A stretch of 64,000 nt of DNA, taken from positions 12,962 through 76,961 of the forward strand of contig CAYMBN010000001.1 of the NCBI GenBank assembly GCA_964388715.1. Direction: 5' to 3'. The notes below the pieces were generated by a model. That model was not told the origin of the DNA. It worked only from the letters and a program-made list of their open reading frames with translations, and did not search any database. The DNA is from an uncultured Methanosarcinales archaeon. GTDB taxonomy: Archaea > Nanobdellota > Nanobdellia > Woesearchaeales > CAYMBN01. Both the position numbers and the translations under genes were made by a program. This document shows, one piece after another, positions 58,251 through 64,000 of this stretch; the first letter of the stretch is position 1; each line of letters begins with the position of its first letter.

Positions 58251-59263
58251 AATAATAGGTTAAATACATAACCTAGTAATAAAATTTGTGGTACTGTTAT
58301 TATTGGTAGCCATATTGCAGCTTTTTTTCCAATGTTTGACCAGATAAGTCCAATTTCTGTGTAATCAGTTGCAACTCCAGCCATTAAGAATGTGAAGCTG
58401 TTACCAAAAGCGCCTGTTTGTTTGAACAATTCAAAAGCTAGCACAGAACTCCCTTCTGAACAGACTTCGATTATTGTTGCAAATATTAAAGTTATGCCTA
58501 AGCCTAATAATGAAGGTCCAAGGTATTTCATAAAAAAGTGTTGTGGTACAAATGTTCTTGCCAATGCTGCTAAAATCATACCTATCAAAATCCACCAAAC
58601 AACCATTTTTGCAAGTGACCATGCACCAGCAACAACTCCATGGATGTCTTTTGTAGAAAATTTATAATTCTTGTACCTTTTTTTAATATCTTTTCTTATT
58701 GAGAATTTTTTAGAAACTTTTACACTGTGTGGATTTTTTTCTAGTTTACCTTTTTTATTTAATACTTGATAGATTAAACCAGTTGTGATTGCAATAATTA
58801 TTGCAGAAACTATAAGGAATAGTGCTTTTACTCCAAAAAAGCCAAACAAAAGTATGGTGATTGGTAAGTTTGCCCATGGTGATGCAAGTAAGAATGCTAT
58901 TGTTGATGCAACAGACGCACCTTTTTTGTAAAGTTGTATTGCAATTGCTAAAATACCATGACTACATGCACTCATGAGAAAGCCAAAGCCAACTGCGTAG
59001 AAGATGGACCTTTTTTTGTGCGTTGAAAGGAATTTTGATATGTATTCTCTTGGGATGAAATAATCAATTACTCCTCCGATTAACAAACCAAGTAGGACTG
59101 CCCACCAAATTACTCTGAAATAATCAATAAAAGCAGTGTATAATTTTGGTAATGAAAAGTAACTTGTGATTAACAGAACAATAGTTATCAAACTAACAAC
59201 ATAAAGCCTTTCTTTATACCAAGGTTGTTTTTTTGCAACACAATGTGGGCAGTTTTTTTTCAT
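58247..59263 (-). CDS. DUF318/ArsP-type permease with an N-terminal CPHC motif
   Basis: Multi-TM protein with ACSHG and EVCSEGSS segments. The likely start MKKNCPHC at 59263 overlaps the upstream stop by 4 nt. Confidence 0.65.
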   Translation of the reverse strand: MKKNCPHCVAKKQPWYKERLYVVSLITIVLLITSYFSLPKLYTAFIDYFRVIWWAVLLGLLIGGVIDYFIPREYISKFLSTHKKRSIFYAVGFGFLMSACSHGILAIAIQLYKKGASVASTIAFLLASPWANLPITILLFGFFGVKALFLIVSAIIIAITTGLIYQVLNKKGKLEKNPHSVKVSKKFSIRKDIKKRYKNYKFSTKDIHGVVAGAWSLAKMVVWWILIGMILAALARTFVPQHFFMKYLGPSLLGLGITLIFATIIEVCSEGSSVLAFELFKQTGAFGNSFTFLMAGVATDYTEIGLIWSNIGKKAAIWLPIITVPQILLLGYVFNLLL

Positions 59264-59622
59264 ATTTGTACCTCGCATTCACTACAATCTTCACACCCTG
59301 TTAAAGATGCAAGTTTTTCAAAACTTTGAAGTCCTGGATATTTTTCATTGTTGATAATCCAAGTTGGATAACCATCTATACCCATCATGTTACATTCTTG
59401 GCTGTTTTTGTCACAGTCAATGTAATTAATGTCTTTGAAATCATCTCCAAATAATTCTTTTTGTCTTTTACAATAACCACACCATTCAGTGCCATACATT
59501 GTTGCACCTTTTTCTGTCAAACATTGTGCAAGAGATTGTTCTTTAACTGTATTTGAAGTTGGGGTTCTAGAACATGCTGTTAATAGTACTAGAACAATTA
59601 ATAATATGATTACTTTCTTCAT
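59260..59622 (-). CDS. thioredoxin-fold lipoprotein (CxxC)
   Basis: Signal peptide with lipobox LLTAC, active site WCGYC, and C-terminal CEDCSEC. The start at 59622 forms an ATGA overlap with the upstream gene. Confidence 0.65.
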   Translation of the reverse strand: MKKVIILLIVLVLLTACSRTPTSNTVKEQSLAQCLTEKGATMYGTEWCGYCKRQKELFGDDFKDINYIDCDKNSQECNMMGIDGYPTWIINNEKYPGLQSFEKLASLTGCEDCSECEVQI

Positions 59623-60335
59623 CTTACACCTCCACAACCACAACTGCTTCCACTTCTTGCTGCACTGCAACTGCCGCAACAGGATGATGTTGCTATTGGT
59701 TGTTCTTTAATTTCTGAAGTTTTTAAAACTTGCGCTTGATATGTGTTGAAAACTTCTAATTTAAGAATTTCATTTTGTGATGTTTCACTTGAATCATATT
59801 GAACATCAAAATTATTAGGAAATCTAAATTTTATTGATTGAACACCGTTGATTGTTTTTAGTTCTTCGCTTATTAAAGGAGCATGACCTGGACATGGTAT
59901 GTCAACTTTTAGTGTAATGTTAGAGGATCCAGTGTAAATAGCTGCTCCTGTTGGTGTTGCCATTGTCATGTTAGCAGTAATTGGGAATATTACCATAAAC
60001 AATAACAAGTTAACACCAATTGTAGTTCCAAAAAGAACTGATAAATATTTCCATTTTTGTTTAACACCAGTAGTAGATAACATATTTCTTTTTTTGAGAT
60101 AAACTGAACCTGAAATACCTGCAAATACAAGTGATAGTCCTATTAATATATAGAAAAAATAAGCATTCATTAACAATGGTTTGAAAAGTGATGCTGCTGT
60201 TGTTACACCTAAAATTGTTAGAACAATAAATGCAATGCATCCTGTGTGTGGGATTAATCCATAAATTATTCCAGATAAGATACCTTTACTTTCTTTTTTT
60301 TCTTGACAACAATCATCCATAATAAACCACCTCAA
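59619..60335 (-). CDS. 3-TM membrane protein with an HMA-like domain (CPGH in place of CxxC) and a Cys-rich C-terminal tail
   Basis: N-terminal DDCC, three TM helices, TLKVDIPCPGHAPLISEELKTINGV (HMA beta1-loop-alpha1 pattern), and a C-terminal SSCCGSCSAARSGSSCGCGG. Confidence 0.5.
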   Translation of the reverse strand: MRWFIMDDCCQEKKESKGILSGIIYGLIPHTGCIAFIVLTILGVTTAASLFKPLLMNAYFFYILIGLSLVFAGISGSVYLKKRNMLSTTGVKQKWKYLSVLFGTTIGVNLLLFMVIFPITANMTMATPTGAAIYTGSSNITLKVDIPCPGHAPLISEELKTINGVQSIKFRFPNNFDVQYDSSETSQNEILKLEVFNTYQAQVLKTSEIKEQPIATSSCCGSCSAARSGSSCGCGGVR

Positions 60336-60427
60336 AACATAGGAAATACAAGGAAATAGATATATTTTAGTGCTGAAACTGAAGTGGTTAGAATGGCTGT
60401 ATTGTTAGAATTGTTTAAAGAGATCGT

Positions 60428-60961
60428 TTATAACGTGATTTTGAGGAAAACTTGCTTTGTTTTACCTTTTTGTTTTCTGGTGATGAGTTGTTTTTTTTCT
60501 AGGTTGTCTAAAACAATGCTTAATTTGGATTTATGTAAGTCTGTTCTGAATCTGAGAGTTTGTTGAGTGATGCCATCTTGTTCTTTGACTGCTTTGATGA
60601 CTTTTTGTTCTTCTTTGTTTAATCCTTTAAGTAATATGTTGAATTTTTCTTCATCTGTTTGAATTTGTTTTTGTTGTTCCAAAGTTGAAATGATTGCTTT
60701 TTGAGATTTTTCAAAGAAAATTAGGTAAATACCTAATGCTATTATAATTGCAGAAGTGATCCACGCAATAATGTAAAAAGTCATATCTTTATCTGCATGA
60801 AGACATGTTCCATCTTCAAGAAAACAACTTCCTTGTTCGCTTATAATTTTGTTAATTAGTGAATCATCTCTTAATTTGACTATATAGATAGAAGTACCTA
60901 AAACAATTCCTATTATTAATAGTATTACCCCTAATTTTTTGTTGTCCATTTTATTAAACAC
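60428..60961 (-). CDS. membrane protein with a C-terminal winged-helix-like domain
   Basis: Two TM helices, a CFLEDGTC loop, and a C-terminal DGITQQTLRFRTDLHKSKLSIVLDNLEKKQLI. Confidence 0.4.
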   Translation of the reverse strand: MFNKMDNKKLGVILLIIGIVLGTSIYIVKLRDDSLINKIISEQGSCFLEDGTCLHADKDMTFYIIAWITSAIIIALGIYLIFFEKSQKAIISTLEQQKQIQTDEEKFNILLKGLNKEEQKVIKAVKEQDGITQQTLRFRTDLHKSKLSIVLDNLEKKQLITRKQKGKTKQVFLKITL

Positions 60962-61985
60962 ACTTCTTTGGAGGGTTTTTTAGTAAGAAATTTAAAAGTT
61001 TGACTGTGTTGTCAATATCTTTTGTGTTTGCAATGCCTATTGTAGAATGTGAGTTTCTTACAGGAACTCCAACAACAGTTGCAGGTACTCCTCCACCAGA
61101 AAAATAAATATTAATTGCGTCAGTAGTTGTTCTGTCACTTACATCCCATTGAATTGGAATTTTTCTTTTTTTAGCGATTTCTTCTAGCCAAGTATTGATA
61201 CATTTGTTTCCAATCATGTCAGCATCTTTTGCTGTTATGCTTACACCTTTTCCAAGGACTTGAGTAGGTGTTTCTGCTTGTGCATCGTTTGCTTCTGTTG
61301 TGTCAATTGCAATTGCCCAGTCTGGTTTGATTTCATATGCAGAAGTTTTTGCTCCGTATAGACCCATTTCTTCTTGTACTGTGAATACAAAATATATTTC
61401 ACTTTTTCTTGTTTTGTTACATGCTTTTGCAAGTTGAATAAGAATATAACATCCAATTCTATCATCAAGTGCTTTACCACAGATGATTTCTTTTTTACTA
61501 AGAGTTGAATTTTCTTGGATTAAGTTGATAAAAGAACCAACTCTTACACCTAACTTAGAAAGTTCTTTTTTATTTAGGCCTGTGTCAATGATAATTTCTC
61601 CATCTTCAGGAAGTTCTTCTATTTCATCACTGTCGCTAAGATCTTTTGTAGTAACAACACCTTGGACAGGTTTATTTTTTGTTTCTATCCAAACTTTTTG
61701 GCCTATGATAACCATTGATTCAATGTCTCCAATCTTATCAACTTCTATTAAACCGTTTTGGTCAATGCTTTTTACCATTAGTCCAACTTCATCCATATGT
61801 GCTGCTAACATTACAGTTGGTTTAGGACCTTTTTGGTGTGCAATAAGATTACCTGATTTGTCTGTTTTTATTTTATCAACATAAGGTTTGATTTCTTTTA
61901 TAATTAGAGAACGTATTTTTGCTTCAGATCCACTGACCCCTCCAACATCCATGAGTCTTTTTAATAGTTTAAGATCAACCATCAT
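60954..61985 (-). CDS. M42 family (TET/FrvX-like) aminopeptidase
   Basis: The AAHMDEVG, GKALDDRIGC and VQEEMGLYGA metal-ligand blocks typical of M42. Confidence 0.8.
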   Translation of the reverse strand: MMVDLKLLKRLMDVGGVSGSEAKIRSLIIKEIKPYVDKIKTDKSGNLIAHQKGPKPTVMLAAHMDEVGLMVKSIDQNGLIEVDKIGDIESMVIIGQKVWIETKNKPVQGVVTTKDLSDSDEIEELPEDGEIIIDTGLNKKELSKLGVRVGSFINLIQENSTLSKKEIICGKALDDRIGCYILIQLAKACNKTRKSEIYFVFTVQEEMGLYGAKTSAYEIKPDWAIAIDTTEANDAQAETPTQVLGKGVSITAKDADMIGNKCINTWLEEIAKKRKIPIQWDVSDRTTTDAINIYFSGGGVPATVVGVPVRNSHSTIGIANTKDIDNTVKLLNFLLKNPPKKCV

Positions 61986-62020
61986 ATCACCTTTTTCATA
62001 TAAGGTATGTGTTAATGTTT

Positions 62021-62248
62021 TTAAACTTTGTCTTTATATATTGCTTGCATTGCAGAACCATAGGTTGCAACAGCATAAGGTACAAAGTAAGTTAAAAGGA
62101 TTTGTATAGTGTTAGTGTAAGTGAATGATGCAGTAATTATTGCATCATAATGGTTAATTAAAGCAAGTATAGTACCAATTACAAATGCAACTTTTAATGA
62201 TCTGATCACGCAAGCTCTATTTGTTGCGTGTTTTAAGAATTGTTTCAT
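62021..62248 (-). CDS. small membrane protein (75 aa)
   Basis: Two hydrophobic helices. Its start overlaps the dfx stop (ATGA). Confidence 0.4.
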   Translation of the reverse strand: MKQFLKHATNRACVIRSLKVAFVIGTILALINHYDAIITASFTYTNTIQILLTYFVPYAVATYGSAMQAIYKDKV

Positions 62249-62676
62249 TTGTTAATCCATAACCCATGCACATTGCACAATGCCCTTGCTGTAATGCCTT
62301 CTGTGTTTTCTAAACAAAAACTTGCTTCTGGTGTTTCTCCTGGTCTTAATCTTTTGCCTGCTATGATTGCATTGTTTTTTACTAGTTGTATCAGTTCAAT
62401 AAAATGTTTTTCTTCCATTGGATGATGTGTGGAACCTACTGTTACTTTTACATTATTTTCATTGATTTTTACAATAGGGACATGTTTTTCTTTACCTTGA
62501 TCTTGTGTGCTTTGAGACTTTGTCTCTAACCCCTCAGAAACTGAAGTTTTCTGAGATTTTTCTTTAAGTAGTTTCATTGGTTGCCCACAACAAACTAATT
62601 CACCAGCTCCTATCTCAATAACAGAAATAAGATTACCACAAATTTCACATTTATATATTTCATTTAGTTTAGTCAT
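62245..62676 (-). CDS. dfx: desulfoferrodoxin (2Fe superoxide reductase)
   Basis: Desulforedoxin module CEICG...(15 aa)...CCG. SOR centre with KHVP, HHPMEEKHFIE and C.NVHGLW. The likely start is MTKLNEIY (62676) rather than the track start. Confidence 0.8.
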   Translation of the reverse strand: MTKLNEIYKCEICGNLISVIEIGAGELVCCGQPMKLLKEKSQKTSVSEGLETKSQSTQDQGKEKHVPIVKINENNVKVTVGSTHHPMEEKHFIELIQLVKNNAIIAGKRLRPGETPEASFCLENTEGITARALCNVHGLWINK

Positions 62677-62681
62677 AAAAA

Positions 62682-62942
62682 TCACCTTTTTGCAAATAGT
62701 CCACAATGGCACATGCCTTTTGTTTCCCAAACTGGCTGTGTCCTGAAATTACATGGACAGATTCGATTATCTTTTTTATTCTCTGATATGATAATGCACG
62801 GACAATATCTATAACCATATTTTTTTTCGTTTTCAATTAGTCCATTAATTATCATATCTACGTGTTTTTGGTCAGGATTAAACTTGAAATCTTTATTTTC
62901 TATGAATTTCTCTAATAGTTTTAGTAATTCTTCTTTGTTCAT
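62682..62942 (-). CDS. ferredoxin:thioredoxin reductase catalytic-subunit-like protein
   Basis: CPC...CPC...CHC arrangement (YCPCII, ICPCNF, MCHCG) as in FtrB. 86 aa. Confidence 0.65.
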   Translation of the reverse strand: MNKEELLKLLEKFIENKDFKFNPDQKHVDMIINGLIENEKKYGYRYCPCIIISENKKDNRICPCNFRTQPVWETKGMCHCGLFAKR

Positions 62943-63277
62943 TCTTTTTTCACTACTTCAACTTTTGCTTTCATATTAGGATGTTGTGTGCAATGGTATT
63001 CAAAAGTTCCTATTTCATTAAAAGTGTAACTCCAAGTTTGGTTTGGTTCTATAATTCCTGAGTTAAAAATATTTGAAGTTACTGTGTGTTCTACTGTGTC
63101 CATGTTTGTCCATCTTACTGAAAATCCTTCTACAATCATGAATTCTGTTGGATTAAATTTACCTTCTTTTATTTCTACAGGTAAAACTATTGGTCCTTCT
63201 TCGTTTGAAGGTGTTGTTGTACTTGAACATCCTACTATTGATAGGATTAGAAAGATTAAAAAAATCTTTTTAAACAT
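62939..63277 (-). CDS. cupredoxin (amicyanin/plastocyanin-like blue copper protein) lipoprotein
   Basis: Lipobox IVGC. Type-1 Cu ligands: His in VEHTVT and the C-terminal YHCTQHPNM (C-x2-H-x2-M, cf. amicyanin YHCTPHPFM). Confidence 0.7.
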   Translation of the reverse strand: MFKKIFLIFLILSIVGCSSTTTPSNEEGPIVLPVEIKEGKFNPTEFMIVEGFSVRWTNMDTVEHTVTSNIFNSGIIEPNQTWSYTFNEIGTFEYHCTQHPNMKAKVEVVKKE

Positions 63278-63290
63278 TGGATCACCTCTT

Positions 63291-63524
63291 TTATAGTTTT
63301 AATAATTCTTTTATTTTATCTTGGTCAAAGCCGATAATGATTTCTCCGTCAATGTCTGTTACAGGAACACCCATTTGTCCTGATTTTTCAACCATTTCTT
63401 GTGCTTTTTCTTTATCTTCAGCAACGTTAATGTATTCAAATTTAACATTATTTTCTTTTAAAAATTCTTTTACTCTATCGCACCATGGACATGTTGGTGT
63501 TCCATATACAATTACTTTTGTCAT
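63291..63524 (-). CDS. glutaredoxin-like protein
   Basis: 77 aa with a CPWC active site and the GVPVT...G Grx fold blocks. Confidence 0.75.
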   Translation of the reverse strand: MTKVIVYGTPTCPWCDRVKEFLKENNVKFEYINVAEDKEKAQEMVEKSGQMGVPVTDIDGEIIIGFDQDKIKELLKL

Positions 63525-63535
63525 TTTGATTCACC

Positions 63536-64000
63536 TCAAATTGTCATCCAGTTTTCTTCTTCTGCATTGAAAATAACTGGATCTTTTATGTAATCATATG
63601 CTTTTTGTATTAATTGAAAATGTGCATTTTCTTGATGCATTAAAAATTTAAAAAATTGTTTCAGTTTTGGATCAGTTGTTTGATTGTATTGTTCCTGGTA
63701 AAAGTCATAAGCATTTTTTTCCAGTACTAATGCTGTTTTATAGGATTCTTCATCGTCACTGCTTAACTGTGTTTTTTCTTTGAATTCTTTTACTGTGGTT
63801 GAGAAAAATTTTTTTGTTTGTTCAAACTTGTCTCCTTTAAGTTCTATCTCTTGTACTTCTAAGTATTTTTTAATTTCCCATATATGATGCAATTCTTGAT
63901 CAGCTAAATATTGAAAAGTCTTTTTCACAATTGGATTTTGTGTTTTTTCTGCTGTTCCTTTGTAAATGTCATGGCCTTTTTGTTCAAAATCCAATGCTGT
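63536..64000 (-). CDS. rubrerythrin/ferritin-like diiron protein (5' end possibly beyond the window)
   Basis: Two ExxH motifs (QELHH, QENAH) on predicted helices. The reading frame stays open to the window edge, and the track start is a TTG. Confidence 0.5.
   Translation of the reverse strand, partial: TALDFEQKGHDIYKGTAEKTQNPIVKKTFQYLADQELHHIWEIKKYLEVQEIELKGDKFEQTKKFFSTTVKEFKEKTQLSSDDEESYKTALVLEKNAYDFYQEQYNQTTDPKLKQFFKFLMHQENAHFQLIQKAYDYIKDPVIFNAEEENWMTI

Noticed and set aside
1-64000. Mobile elements, prophage, integrase/transposase, rRNA genes
   Set aside because: No ORF shows integrase, transposase or rRNA signatures. No terminal inverted repeats or att-like duplications flank the tRNA-His. 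The giant-protein locus is flanked by ordinary housekeeping genes.

Overview
This is an AT-rich (about one-third GC), Lys-codon-rich window that appears to come from an archaeal genome. The archaeal assignment is an inference from marker genes: ribosomal protein L21e, archaeal-type MetAP2, archaeal signal peptidase, a tRNA-His with encoded G-1 and no CCA, and oligo-T terminators. A small genome with giant surface proteins suggests a DPANN-like episymbiont. I recognise about 55 protein genes, one tRNA-His, and no rRNA, CRISPR array, integrase or transposase. The layout is: (1) 1-5.6 kb, a histidine-themed neighbourhood (tRNA-His, a HAL/PAL-family ammonia-lyase whose MIO triad is Ala-Cys-Gly, and hisS); (2) 6-23 kb, housekeeping and accessory genes (SDR plus SemiSWEET, B12-radical SAM, map, signal peptidase, ileS, Nif3-like, two tandem orphan REC proteins, GT2); (3) 23.6-26.7 kb, a run of small minus-strand hypothetical genes; (4) 26.8-53.0 kb, the stand-out feature: one minus-strand locus encoding a 2792-aa secreted S8 subtilase giant protein with a membrane-spanning segment and a C-terminal HExxH tail, a coupled 184-aa cytoplasmic protein, a 5427-aa secreted Cys-rich, N-glycosylation-sequon-rich modular giant adhesin-like protein (WSxW/TSP1-like modules, cadherin-like, LamG-like, MopE-like metal-binding repeats, CARDB) and a Gly-linker lipoprotein; (5) 53-64 kb, tRNA thiolation PP-loop enzymes, AlkD-like glycosylase, mdh, a translationally coupled Cys-motif membrane protein, thioredoxin and DUF318-permease operon, M42 peptidase, and an oxidative-stress cluster (desulfoferrodoxin, FTR-like, cupredoxin, glutaredoxin, rubrerythrin-like). 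All product calls rest on motifs recognised by eye; no database search was possible.
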